This document shows, piece by piece, positions 40,301 to 51,145 of a DNA stretch of 64,000 nt. The position numbers and the translations under genes were made by a program. Origin of the DNA: Tubiluchus corallicola. Lineage: Eukaryota; Animalia; Priapulida. The first letter of the stretch is position 1. The number at the start of each line of letters is the position of its first letter. The stretch covers positions 124,001 through 188,000 of the forward strand of contig JAQGDQ010000105.1 in NCBI GenBank assembly GCA_030141605.1, written 5' to 3'. The notes beneath the pieces were generated by a model that was not told the DNA's origin, made no database searches, and saw only the letters and a list, made by a program, of their open reading frames with translations.

Positions 40301-43121
40301 AAGGTACTAAGGCTGGAAGACACTGAATATCAAAAAAGTATTTGTAACCAGATCAAAGTTATGATTGTAAAGGTTGTGAAACAGTAAAATGGATGTATGT
40401 GACAAAGTATAGGCAGAATTTCAAAAATTTTCTGATGAAAAGGCTGAGTGAAAATCTCACCAAGATTACTTGAAGAGTATGCAGCCGAAATTGTAGAAAT
40501 TTTGATTGCTCCTGAAAGCCCAGGCTGTACAATAAGATCATGAATTTAATTTCAAATGAAATCAACACAAGCTGTAGATAGGTAATTAACTAGAGTTAAT
40601 TAGTACACTATGATACTTGTATAAGCCTAACACACAGGCACCATTGTGTTTTATTATATACAACAAAAATTCAGTTTTGTGAGTGGGGGGGGGGGGAGGA
40701 GTACACAGGGACTGTGGGAAAGGAGTTGACTGTTGAGAGGAGGTCCTAAAAATAGCTGTTGCCTAGGGAGGCAAACTACTTAGAGCTGGCCCTGCACAAC
40801 ACCATTTGTAATTTGTGGAATCTTTGTACTGAATTTTTTATAATTAAGTACTTACTACTTCCAATTAAATTTGCAGACCTAAAGAGGAAGAAGTGGAAAA
40901 GGGCAAAGAAACAGTTGATGGGCAGAAAGAAGAGGAGGAAGAAAAGTCAACAGAAGATGTTACAGGTGGTGATGTAACAGAAGAAGATATCATCACAGAC
41001 CACACTAAGTAAGCTTGTGCCAAATTTTCTAAATATTTTCATCACTTGGTACCATTATGAAACGTATTTCATTTATAGTATTTATTCCAAAATTATTGGT
41101 TATTGGTGGAATGAACCCACAGTTGTTGAATTTTTGAAAGCGAAAAGAAAAGAAAATATAACTCAGGAATCATTGTATGTTCTTTACAAATCAAATGCTG
41201 TGACTATTGGACATTGTAATCCAAAGGGTATTTGGGCTCTGTGCCAGCTTGTTCAGATTTCAGAGTTTTTCTGTCAAGTTTGGTTTTAGCGATTCAATAA
41301 TTGTGGGTTGGTTTCATCACTAACTTAGGTGAAATATTTATCACCTTCTTCATGACAGTCAGTCATTTAATAGTTGGCTGAAATTTCAATCGGATTTTTT
41401 TTAACTCGCTTATTGTACTCGACACGTAAGCTTTAACTATTATTGATGCATATTTGATAGTCTTAATAAAGTGAATCTTATTTTCAGAAAGAAATTTGTT
41501 TCAAAAATTTTTATAAACCTTAAAACATATCTTATTTAAATCTCTAGTAAAAGCTACCATTAGCAGAAGAATAATCTAAAACCATTTATTTACTATGATG
41601 TTTAGGAAGAATCCTCTTCTATTATCTGCAAAAAATTTACCAGTAAAAATAATACATGCCTGTTTGTACAATTGAATAAATGCTGCAACACCCACTTACC
41701 ATACCAACATTACCTCTTTTCATAGTACCCCCAGTAGGCAACAAATAATATTCAGTTTTTAAAAAATATCAACCACTTTACCTAGGTGAAATTAAGTAGA
41801 GCAGTTTTCATCTACATTTAATCTACATCTACTTTTGCAGCATCTACATGTATTATCAGTCCTATATATAATCCTGCATAAGGTGATGTGATAGGTGTTT
41901 TTAAAGCAGCAGATATGGATTCTTTGACCTTGAAAACCTCTATTATATAGACATCAGAAGCATCGTGTGGGCTTATAAGCTAGCAATAACCTGTTTGTTG
42001 GCCATTTTGAAAATGATGCTCATATTGGATGATTTCCAGTTGACTCCCATATTCAGAAATTAATTACCTTGATAAGTTCTAGCATTGTGCAGTTACACAA
42101 ACTTTTAACCAAAGTAAGCAATTTTTCACCATGATGACATGCTGTTTAGTAGTTACACAAATAACATGACAAGCATATGCACTTAACATTTATGTGGCTT
42201 CCCAACTTATTATTTCTTAATATTCCTAGAAATTGTAATAATGAAAAGTTTCTCTAACAAGCTTAAATTAACATTTAAAAGTACCACATCATGTTCAATT
42301 CTTTAGCAGATGTTATGCCTACACGTATTTGTGTGCATTACTGCTATTGCAAAATGTGCTGGTAAAAACACAATAGCGTATTTTACATTAGTAGCATCAG
42401 TTAAGAAATAGTTTAATGCTTATGATTTCTGTTTTTAGGCCGGTGGAAAGCAAGATGGATGACTTGAGTGACATCAAAAAGGCAGAGTCTGCTGCGGAGG
42501 CTACCGATAGTCAACCTGTAGCAGCTAATGGGAGTAAGTCATTCTAATAATTTTTTTTTAATTGTTTCGCCTTGTCATTGGATCATTGTGGTTTATTTTT
42601 TGTGTTTTATGGTTTAAATGTAAAAAATTAATGGTTTTAATAGTGTACTATTTTCACAACATTGCTACAGTAGTTCTGGAACAGTTTGCCAAACTTGTAC
42701 CCTATGTATTCATTTTTGTCCATTTACAGTCAACACAAAAAACTCAAATTGTTCTACATACATCTCCATTTTTCCTGTACAAAATGTGCACATAGCCCAA
42801 TCATTTCATATTTGCGAAGCAATGATATCTTAAAGTACTAGATGTATTTAAAAAACCATTTTTGCTGCCAACCTAGCCGCTTGCCACTCGACTTGTTCCA
42901 ACTCAAGTTATCACACATTATAAGACTCAAACATTGATGGTATTTCGCCCGTACTTGTCAACCAAAGGAGTGAATTGTCGCACTATTCACGTTTTGTAAT
43001 ATTAAGTGAAATTTCCCTGAAGACTAGTAAGTGAGGGTACATCATAGACTACATTCTGAGTAGTTTTATTATAATTTTTTAGTCCCTTTTCACAGCTGTA
43101 GTTTCACCAACAATCTTGTAA
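2535..43121 (+). CDS. lgl: Lethal(2) giant larvae homologue (Lgl/LLGL; WD40 double beta-propeller polarity protein), 27 coding exons, about 1257 aa
   Basis: Hand-spliced exons keep one reading frame and give Lgl hallmark motifs: [122 protein letters not shown]. No C-terminal R-SNARE motif, so Lgl rather than tomosyn. The last exon is the least certain part. Confidence 0.93.
4929..5073. repeat. Tandem duplication, about 79-bp period, 2 copies
   Basis: ttatgtggcccattgttaaaatgaaaa...aatatcacttattaaatt at 4929 and 5008. Confidence 0.9.
5666..5790. repeat. Tandem duplication, about 72-bp period, 2 diverged copies
   Basis: ctggttgc(t/c)tgga..aactaggactttggtgctgtgca occurs twice. Confidence 0.85.
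7038..7175. repeat. Dispersed repeat with degenerate GGTGGTCYTTTGAC units (copy 1)
   Basis: Related array at 8650-8780. Confidence 0.55.
8650..8780. repeat. Dispersed repeat with degenerate GGTGGTCYTTTGAC units (copy 2)
   Basis: Same units and order as 7038-7175. Confidence 0.55.
9377..9474 (+). CDS. lgl: Lgl coding exon 2
   Basis: [33 protein letters not shown]; ends at U12-type donor GTATCCTTT, phase 2. Confidence 0.93.
9475..15392 (+). other. U12-type (minor spliceosome) GT-AG intron
   Basis: 5'ss GTATCCTTT; branch site TTCCTTGAT at 15370-15378, branch A about 15 nt before the AG; no polypyrimidine tract; joining gives ..[11 protein letters not shown]. Confidence 0.9.
10030..11200 (-). 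mobile_element. Possible highly decayed LTR-retrotransposon gag/protease remnant
   Basis: Higher-GC, coding-like segment with broken ORFs; [12 protein letters not shown] and ELIIGTYL resemble retropepsin D(S/T)G and IIG motifs in the right order. Weak. Confidence 0.35.
15393..15474 (+). CDS. lgl: Lgl coding exon 3
   Basis: [27 protein letters not shown]; donor CAG|gtacgt. Confidence 0.93.
16122..16270 (+). CDS. lgl: Lgl coding exon 4
   Basis: [17 protein letters not shown]...[16 protein letters not shown]; phase-2 donor gtaatg. Confidence 0.9.
19255..19335 (-). repeat. GTTCGGGA-unit dispersed repeat (reverse copy)
   Basis: tcccgaac-type units; reverse complement of the arrays at 25840 and 26620. 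Confidence 0.55.
22017..22383 (+). CDS. lgl: Lgl coding exon 5
   Basis: E/K-rich insert, then [14 protein letters not shown]...[15 protein letters not shown]. Confidence 0.92.
22573..22656 (+). CDS. lgl: Lgl coding exon 6
   Basis: [16 protein letters not shown]...NQ; canonical AG/GT, phase 0-0. Confidence 0.92.
23703..23829 (+). CDS. lgl: Lgl coding exon 7
   Basis: [26 protein letters not shown]...TTPYG. Confidence 0.92.
25763..25814 (+). CDS. lgl: Lgl coding exon 8
   Basis: [17 protein letters not shown]; donor gtaagt. Confidence 0.92.
25838..25965 (+). repeat. GTTCGGGA-unit dispersed repeat
   Basis: ggttcagg/gttcggga/gtcgggatc units; G-rich island. Confidence 0.6.
26625..26765 (+). repeat. 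GTTCGGGA-unit dispersed repeat
   Basis: gttcgggaac/gttcgggac/gtttgggat units. Confidence 0.6.
27600..27790 (+). mobile_element. Possible LINE 5' fragment (start of AP-endonuclease)
   Basis: [14 protein letters not shown] resembles the N-terminal NIRSL motif of LINE endonucleases, preceded by a Cys-rich stretch. Confidence 0.35.
28023..28171 (+). CDS. lgl: Lgl coding exon 9
   Basis: [36 protein letters not shown]. Confidence 0.93.
28330..28547 (+). CDS. lgl: Lgl coding exon 10
   Basis: [14 protein letters not shown]...[13 protein letters not shown] (LLGL domain). Confidence 0.93.
29004..29071 (+). CDS. lgl: Lgl coding exon 11
   Basis: [10 protein letters not shown]...RDLLLTG. Confidence 0.92.
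29295..29436 (+). CDS. lgl: Lgl coding exon 12
   Basis: [13 protein letters not shown]...EEEWPPFRK. Confidence 0.93.
30449..30601 (+). CDS. lgl: Lgl coding exon 13
   Basis: [28 protein letters not shown]. Confidence 0.93.
30948..31233 (+). CDS. lgl: Lgl coding exon 14
   Basis: [13 protein letters not shown]...GFQP...[21 protein letters not shown]. Confidence 0.93.
31858..32008 (+). CDS. lgl: Lgl coding exon 15 (polybasic/aPKC-phosphorylation loop), GC donor
   Basis: [25 protein letters not shown]...; donor AAG|GCAAGC gives the phase 2 required by the next exon. Confidence 0.85.
32311..32528 (+). CDS. lgl: Lgl coding exon 16 (E/K/A/P-rich insert)
   Basis: [27 protein letters not shown]...ETEKT; purine-rich, open frame, canonical sites. 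Confidence 0.85.
33339..33405 (+). CDS. lgl: Lgl coding exon 17 (E/K-rich insert)
   Basis: [23 protein letters not shown]; phase 1-2 bridges its neighbours. Confidence 0.85.
34071..34183 (+). CDS. lgl: Lgl coding exon 18
   Basis: [24 protein letters not shown]. Confidence 0.92.
34236..34356. repeat. (TTA)n microsatellite
   Basis: About 120 bp of near-perfect TTA. Confidence 0.97.
34876..34992 (+). CDS. lgl: Lgl coding exon 19
   Basis: [16 protein letters not shown]...VTAQL. Confidence 0.92.
35398..35555 (+). CDS. lgl: Lgl coding exon 20
   Basis: [19 protein letters not shown]...[12 protein letters not shown]. Confidence 0.93.
36303..36408 (+). CDS. lgl: Lgl coding exon 21
   Basis: [28 protein letters not shown]. 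Confidence 0.92.
37175..37231 (+). CDS. lgl: Candidate 57-nt symmetric cassette exon of Lgl (not counted in the 27)
   Basis: cag|TT GAT...CCA G|gcaaga; phase 1-1, stop-free ([19 protein letters not shown]); GC-rich island in an AT-rich intron; TGCATG at 37238. Confidence 0.5.
38136..38256 (+). CDS. lgl: Lgl coding exon 22
   Basis: [28 protein letters not shown]...DDI. Confidence 0.92.
38966..39175 (+). CDS. lgl: Lgl coding exon 23
   Basis: [30 protein letters not shown]...(PE)n. Confidence 0.93.
39612..39761 (+). CDS. lgl: Lgl coding exon 24 (acidic tail)
   Basis: [11 protein letters not shown]...[13 protein letters not shown]; phase 2-2. Confidence 0.85.
40685..40794. mobile_element. Possible terminal remnant of a non-autonomous DNA transposon (MITE)
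   Basis: G-run, then ...gcctagggaggcaaa...tagagctggccctg, resembling CAGGGCCRGC-type termini; partner terminus not found. Confidence 0.3.
40877..41008 (+). CDS. lgl: Lgl coding exon 25 (acidic tail)
   Basis: [11 protein letters not shown]...[14 protein letters not shown]; phase 2-2. Confidence 0.85.
42439..42533 (+). CDS. lgl: Lgl coding exon 26
   Basis: [31 protein letters not shown]; donor gtaagt, phase 1. Confidence 0.82.
43096..43121 (+). CDS. lgl: Probable terminal coding exon 27 of Lgl (TVVSPTIL*)
   Basis: Strong acceptor ttttagtcccttttcacag, phase-1 compatible, followed by a T-rich UTR-like region with AATAAA 44006 and ATTAAA 44032. Confidence 0.55.
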
Positions 43122-44005
43122 AAGACAAACGAATGTATTTCGAAAGATGTGCCTACACGAGGCATTAATGTCTGACTAGTCTAAGAAGTAAAGAACTTTT
43201 TCTTTCTCTCTGTAAATCAAGAATTGCATCGTTAAATCGCAAAGAAAAAAATCTATAATAGAAGTGACTTTCAATACAAAATTTTGTTACCCCAGTTTTT
43301 GTCTGTTAGTGCATAGGAAGCGGTACACATTCCCGGGCCCGCCGAAAGGATAAAAATATGATGGTGCAAATTTGATTCGGAGGCCTTTTTACCTCGTCAC
43401 ACATTTCCTTCTTGCCCATTTCGATGAAAATCATTACTTCTGGAATGTGCAGAAGCTGTTGGCGTGGATATACTAAACTTGCAACAGTTCCGTTTTATCA
43501 TGGCCAATTTTACTTCCGGTGCTTAAACACTGGACATCCAGCGTATGCGTGCAGATACATTCCAAATACACGTGTAGACGTTTTTCTGCTAGCAGTCATT
43601 GTGCCTGTAGTGCCAGAATTAAGAATGTCCCCAACAACTTTTTTGGCTTATTTTGGTTTCTTGCTACCCTGCAGCTAATAACTAGCCAATACAGTAATGC
43701 AGGACCGCTATAGAATTCTAGGCAGCTCACTGTTTAATATTTAATAATAAGATTATGTTGTTTGCATAAGATCTAGGGCATTATATTTATGCTTGTACAG
43801 ATTATCGGTGCTGTATGTTTGTTCACAGCTTTCATGGTATAAATTGCCCAATTACATAAATGTGAATAAAATATGTTGTTTATGCAAAGAACGTTACAGT
43901 AATTTTCTGTGCGACAATGACAGTCTGTCATTCCTTTCTCTTTCCCTGTATGTTATTTTTGTACAGACATTAGTTTACTGTCCGTTTATACGTGTTTGGC
44001 TGTTT

Positions 44006-44037
44006 AATAAAACGAATTTCATTGACTTATAATTAAA
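44006..44037 (+). terminator. Putative polyadenylation signals of lgl
   Basis: AATAAA 44006-44011 and ATTAAA 44032-44037 followed by GT-rich sequence. Confidence 0.4.
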
Positions 44038-46344
44038 GTGTATTGAAGTGTTATCAAAGGGTTCCATATTCATTTTTAAGCTATCGGTAGGCACCTTCAT
44101 TAAGCCTCTTTTTTCATTGAATATATTACTCTTATCACCTCTCGTAGGAGAAATCCATTGTTTAAGAAAAGGTTACACCTTATTTTACTAAATGCTGTAA
44201 TATGCATTTTGTAACTTAAAAGATATTAATTTTTGTCAAAATTTGAGTTCCTTTAAAAAAATTTCAACTCGCCATGTTTAAACAAACTTCGTTATAATGA
44301 TCACTGTGTACAAATCGTAAAATTTTGAAATATCCCACTTGTGGTTTGTAGGAATTGTTTGAATTGGCATGAATTTTATTTACTGAGCATACATTGTAGC
44401 CTTGAAGTATTCTGCTAGCTATAATTAAGTAAGATATCTGTTAGAAAAAAATGGCAAATATACTTTCTAATTGTGATGTTTGAAAGCGTTTGACCCTGAA
44501 GCGCCTCTTTGTGGCATGAGCTGATGTGTAGAGATGTAGAGGTAGTTTCGTAATACGTGTACTAAAATGCTTTGTTGCTTTTGGTGTAATAACTTGATTT
44601 CTCACTGTGCTGCTTTTGATGTGCTGACTTACCATTACATTTCCCAAAGCTCAATTTATAATCTTTCTGAAAACACTGGGGATAGTGTAACAGATACAGC
44701 AGTCGAGAAAATTCACATACATTAGGATAATATATTTATCGTAATATGTAAGTTTGTTCATAACAGAACAAAAAGCCAGTCAGTTTTTTACTTAAAAGTC
44801 TCTTGAGTGTCATTTCTTTTCGATGCAATTGCAGTGTTACCTTGATTACAATTAATGTCAAACGTGGCTTTAATACAAACTACTTGTGAGTGACATTTGA
44901 ATTATATTCTTTCATACCATCTTGTTTAAAATTATCAAAGTAGGTTGCCTTAACTACTTGCAGTTTTATCTGTTCAATATTTCATGCTGCTTCAACGTTT
45001 AATAAGTTGTAGTTAATAATGACCTCAGCATAGCAGGGAGTCAGCAAGCTATCCTTATTTATATCCCATTTTTGACAGATTTATTTCATTTACATTAAAG
45101 TTTAATGTCCGTTTTCACCGCCATCTCTGGAGTCGGAAGGGCATGGGTAACATCAAGGATCTGCATATCATTTTCGTGGAAAAAACTTTCTTTCTACATT
45201 TTCCCTGTGTATCCCTTTGCCATAAGAATTCAGTTTTAATGAGACTTGGTGCTTGTGTTCTTTGTATATTTTATATCGTTTAATTTTTTCTCAAAAGTAC
45301 TTTCTATTTTTTCCAATACAAGATCGCCCTCTAACTTATGCAGCATCACTTAAGGCGTGTATGTTATGTATTAGATAATAACAGTACCACGAAGTAGAGA
45401 GTAGGACATGCGATGGAAATACACTTAACTGTCGCGCCAACGGTCTGTCATTTCCGATAAATGATTCAAACCCTTGACAGGTTGCTCACCTATATGTATA
45501 GTATTCCCCTGCTTATGGCGCTCTCACACTCAATTTACCTATTTATGCAGTGCAGAAAAAGTTTCACTATATACGAAATCTAATAGAGTGCATATCAAGA
45601 AAAGCCTGGCATTATAATTATTTCCTTTTATGTTGACTCACAAGAAACTTAAGTCGTTTTAAATACTCCGGACCGCTAGTGGTGTTTATACATAAACCAC
45701 TCGAGGCCAGGCTATATTATGTCTGGCTATTGAATGTACGTGAGAACGTTGCCTAGCAGTCAGCACAGTTTAGCTCGTATTCAACTTGACAGCTGTCTGT
45801 TTGTGAGAAAACTGCCCAATTTTTCAGCGGTGTGCAGGGCTGCCAGCTATATGTGCTTTTCCAGAACTGATACCGACTCGCCACAGATATGTGATGACGT
45901 AGTGACGATAGAATTTTGTATGCACGTGATTGGAATAGATCTTCCACGCATTTGCCCTCCTACGTAGTTACCAGGTGGTACTAAATCAGTAGCAGCCGAA
46001 CTGAACGTATTCGTTTCTAGTGCATGTGTGTATCGGTAAACTATCTGTAAGACTGATGGGATGGTCCTTTTCATTGCCACCAGACTGAGCTTAAGATAAC
46101 AAATGCTCGCTGGTGATGAGTGCTTCGCTGGTTTGGCATGCAATACAAACACTGAATTCCAGCCGTTTTCTTTATCTCATTCAGGTTTGCTGCTGGGCTC
46201 GGGGAAGCCCATTTAAATTCTGACTGAGGTTTTTGTGTTAAATTTAGATTTCCTGGTACTGCTGAGTTGTGCTAGTAGCATGTTTTAGTGGGTGCAGCCG
46301 AATAAATTTCTCGACTAAACCTAACAAAATACTGCATTTTGGAA

Positions 46345-47580
46345 ATGGAGGGTACAAGGAGTGAATTTGTAGAAAAGCAAGATGTAGAAGAGAAAGAGGC
46401 TGTTTCAATGCCAGAATCTCCTGCAGAAAGTGGTGTTCTGTCAGTGGACAACAGTGACACACCTATCAAGATTGCTACTGAAGTCACCGACGATGATGTG
46501 GTGACAACAGTGACAACGACTGCTGTCGCTGATGGTGACATTACAATAGAAACACGTGAAGAGGATGGTTGTATTTATACAGTTGTGAGGACAGATGATG
46601 GGCAAGAAATTACTACTCATATGGATATTGTGCCTTTGGAAGAGACGCAAACACAGTGTGTGAGAGATGACGAGGAAGTACCATCATCCATATCAGATGA
46701 GGCTGAGCCAGGTCCTTATGAGGATTTTACTACCTCAGCTAAAGACAATCAACAATCTGCTAACTGCCCTTTATCTGGGGAGAGTAATGAACTTCAACGT
46801 ACAGTTGCTGAAGACCCTGTAGTACAAGAAGAGAAAAATGTAACTTCTAATAATGTTTTTGATGTACGGCAAATCCATGACAGTTCTGTACAGGACCTTG
46901 TGCCAGAAGATGAAGTTGGAGAACCTGATTTAACTTTTGCTGGCATATCAACTCCTATGCCACAAGCAGATGCATCCAGTGAAGTTGTTGAAGCTACTTC
47001 ACCAGAGAACTGTGAATCTTGTGTACATAAAGACATTGTCGAAGCTCACGAAGTTATAAATGAGGTTATTGCACAAAGCACAGTGGCAGAAGTGTGTGCT
47101 CACAGTGAAGAACAACTAACCACTGAGGAAATGATACCCAACCAAGTTCCCTCAGATAAGGTTCCATCCAAAACTTGTGCTCCTTCTCATCCAGAAACTG
47201 AAAAGATGGAAGAACCAACGGGCACAACTGAAGCAGTCAGTTCAGCAGCTGTCACTGAAACTGTAACTGATTCTTCACCCCTACCCAAAGTGGAATCGTC
47301 ACTGCTGGAAGCCAGTTCTTCAGAAATCAAACATAATGAAACCCATATGTTTGAAGCTGTTTGTAAAACTGGGTCAGATCATGACGACTTTAATGCAAAG
47401 AATGAGTCGAATAAGCCTGAATTAAATAGTAAAGCTGTTGCAGTCACTGAATCTTCTGTTGATAAACCTTCAGATGACATGGGACAAGAAGTGGTTTGCA
47501 CAGATGTGGCACCTGCTCGAATTAAAGCTGAGTGGGCTAAAATGACTAAAGCACCACCACCACCTCTTGATTCAGACGAG
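46345..47580 (+). CDS. Large coding exon of an uncharacterised acidic, likely disordered protein (about 460 aa with the next exon)
   Basis: 412 open codons rich in E/D/S/T/V; ATG in gaaATGG context with in-frame TAA at 46303; upstream acceptor at 46247 with CTGAC branch; donor GAG|gtaagg, phase 0. Confidence 0.8.
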
Positions 47581-49029
47581 GTAAGGCAAAGATGTTAATG
47601 TCGTCATTTTATTGGCACTGCTCTATATCAGCAGTCAGCTGCTAAATTTGCATGGCGAACACGCAGCTCATTATTTCATTATTATTTATCATGTATTTAA
47701 AATATCTTGTAGTACCTGAATAGAAACTAGAAAGCCCTTTCTTAGCCTCAAGCAGATTTTTTTATTGTCAGGAACTTTTGCCCTAACGAGCCTCACCAGC
47801 TGAATATGTGACTATAATGAAAACTTTTGCTACGGATGATGTATTTATGTTGTTGATATTTAAGTTACAGTATGGCAAATTATCGCTGTGGTATATTTTC
47901 GTAGAAAGTTCTTTTAGACGGTGCACAAATCTCTCTGGCGGCATTTAAATCTTAAAATTGTATTGCTATTATCAAATTTTATATCTTGCTTATTGACGTT
48001 TTTTTCTGCGTTAGGTTTATTCTGCCTCCCTCAGTCCTTGTCATTGGTTTATAGATCCAGCAGTGTCGCTTTACGTCTGAGCCTTTAAATCTGGCTTTTT
48101 TCGTCTGGCTTCTTAGCTGTAGAATTCTTTACTAGAAAATGTATTTTACAGTTAACTAAAATTTTCATATACATCAAGAATGCGTCAATAGATACCTTGT
48201 GTCATTAATTAATTGTAAGGACAAACATATTCTTGACCTATCTTCATATTTTTTATTTTTAACTATAACCCTTTACATTGGCCATTGCATTTCTTTTAGA
48301 AGTTTTGTATGAAAATTTTTTTGCTCTCTGCTCTGGTAACTTCCTTATATGTTTGTATTTCGCTGTTGTAACTAAACCTTGTTTATATGGGAAGTGAATA
48401 TTCACTGACAAGCCTCTACGTTATTGGTAAATATTAAACAGCAAAAATGTTTGTGGTTCTCCCACAAACGGTAGAAAAGGGCGAAATACCATCAATGTTT
48501 GAGTCTTTTAATGTGTGATAACTTGAGTTGGAACAAATCGAGTGGCAAGCGGTTAGGTCGGCTGCAAAAACTGTTTTTTAAATACATATGTATTTCTAGA
48601 ATACGATAGTCTATAGTATTGTAAGGTACCGCGCACAGTGTAGTGTAACGCATCATACATCATACAGAAAAATGTTCAGCGTAACTTTATCTATTTATAG
48701 CAGAGAAGTGCCTGTACATGTATTGTATTTACTAACAGTCTTAAGCTGCCTCTGGTTTGTTGAAATAAGTGAGACAACCTAATTACATATCACAACCCTT
48801 TGGCGTAGCAGACTGAGATTGTTTAACCTAACTGTTGAATCATGTATGGATGTGCAAAAAACTTTTTTACAGATTTAGCCCATATCTCGGTTACTGTTTG
48901 CTTTTATATTTCTTATTTCCGCTGAAATATTAATCCGCAAATCGTATTTCGTAACTTGCATTATCACTTGGTTGTTAGAATATTCGTATTGCGAGCTTTG
49001 GTCTTCGGATACTAGTTACTGGTCTATTG

Positions 49030-50220
49030 TCACATCCAACTCGCTTCAAATACGCACTGAAGTCGCGAGTGAAAGCTTCAGCAAGAAGTCATTAAGGCTA
49101 GCAAGCTTGCGCATAGGTTTCTGCAAAATGTAGATACAATTTTTGGAAGGTTCTGCGCAATGAAGTTAATGCTAAACTGGCTCGGTCAAACAAAACTGAG
49201 AATGCTAGTGGGGCTAAGGACATATATGAGTTCTGGAAAGAGCATCATAAAAACTTAGTTAATTCTTTAGATAACAAGGATCTTCCAAAAGTTTTAATGT
49301 TAAGCTTTACTAGAAAACTTGATACCAGCATAAACGATTTTACTCCTTGTGAAATTCAGCATGTAATTAAATGCAAGTTGAAACAACATAAATCAGCTGG
49401 AGCTGATAGTGTGTCTGCTTTCAGTGTCACTTCGTTTATTGTTCCTCTGTTGTTAACACTTATCTCTCAATTTTATTCAGTTCAATCTCATCGGCATAGG
49501 TTTGCACCTGTGAAACTATGTGTTCTGTACTTGTACCTGTTGTCAAGAACAAAAATTTAACCATTACTGAATGTAATAATTATAAACCTATGTAGTTTTA
49601 AGATCGGTTTTCAGTAAAAATCCCTAGACACGTTATTCTAATTTGATATTCTTGTCATCTTGAGTCTAGTGAGAACCAGTTTAGTTTTAAAACTAAACTT
49701 GGCACTGAGACTTGCGTATATGTACTTAACGAGTTGCTCATTTTTATATAAACAGGAATTCTCCCATAAATCTGCTTTTTATCGATGCCTCAAAGGTATT
49801 TGACCATATCAACTTCTACAAAAATTCATAAGTGACACTGAACTGTCTAGCATCATTCTGAAATTCTTAACATACTTTTACTGTAATTTGCCCAGGGTAA
49901 CTATTTGTCTGTAATTTTTTTTGTCCATATTGATCAAGGTGGGATTTTGTCAACACCATTTTTCAATTATTACTTTAAAAATCTTATCGTTTCTCTGAAC
50001 AACGCACAATGGGCTGTAGAATTAACCCGTGTATTCCTAATCATCTGATGTATGCTGTTATGTCTGGTTAATGACTAGTACAAATAGTTCTATGCAAAGT
50101 CTAATTGATATGAGACGTTATGAATGTTTTGCTTCTGAGTTTGTTATTAATCATTAACACCCACAAAACTAAATTGCTGACTATTAAACCTTATACTGTA
50201 ATATGAACAAAATTCCTAGT
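49030..50220 (+). mobile_element. Decayed non-LTR retrotransposon (LINE) reverse-transcriptase fragment
   Basis: Collinear but frameshifted RT-region motifs: RFKYAL, HKSAGAD, PVVKNK..NNYKP, NQFSFK, FIDASKVFDHIN, QGGILSTPFFNYY, NHLMYA, INTHKT. Confidence 0.85.
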
Positions 50221-51145
50221 GGTCACAGTATGCACTATATAATGATTGTATGATCTAATCTGTCTCTGCAGAGAAATATCTGGGACGCATTATTCACATC
50301 ACTGGCAGTAATAATAATAATATTAGAACACATAAATTATGTTAGCTGAAGTTAGAAGACAAAACTTTGATGTTCAGGATCTATTGTACTAGTGTTTGTG
50401 GAGCGGCTTTGTGGAGAAAGGTCTTTGCATGTACTTTTAATGATATTTAAGTCACATATAACAAACGTATAAGGAAATTGTTTTCTCTTCCTTATCATTG
50501 CAGTGCAAAGGAAGTGACAGTGAATCTTGCTGTCTGTTAATTTTGATGTGTTGCTAAGGATATGTTCATTTTCTGTAAGATCGCAGCTTGAAACGAGCGA
50601 TAACACCTATCTAAGATGCTTCAGGCGTTCTGATGATATCGCACCTGGTAAAGTTTACAGTAGATGGAAGGACAATTCTTGTACTGTATATCACACCTCT
50701 ATCAGGCCTATCTGTAGTACTTCATCTATGTACATAATTTTTTTAATTTATTAATTAGATAAACTCTCATTTATCTTTTATCATTTTACTGTGTGAAACT
50801 AACTTTATAAAAGTTTTTCATGTCTAAAATAAAAGTGAAATTGATGGCGGTTTTTTAACCACTCTATTTTCCATAGAATCGTGTTTATTAGTCCTATAAT
50901 TACCCACATAGCTATGTGATATGTCTGTTCTTCATTTTTTATTAGTTAGAATAGACGTGGAAGAAGGTGAAGAATTTAATTCAATAGAGCTTTGACAGCA
51001 AGACTTTATCGAGAGGTGCACGCAACAAATATTGACTGTAAATGAGATATGTAACCATGGTAAAGTAGAACCCTAGTGATTTAATCTGAGGCCATATGAC
51101 AGACACCTTATTGTGTAAACATCTTGTAAACTTCTTTGTTTACAG

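Noticed and set aside
2535-43121. Tomosyn (STXBP5) identity
   Set aside because: Lgl-specific motifs ([29 protein letters not shown]) are present and no C-terminal R-SNARE motif was found.
46185-46290. Direct in-frame splicing of Lgl exon 26 to the strong acceptors at 46184 or 46247 to include the whole acidic ORF
   Set aside because: Both give early stops in phase 1 (SLLLGSGKPI*, NFLVLLSCASSMF*), and the ORF frame has TAA at 46303.
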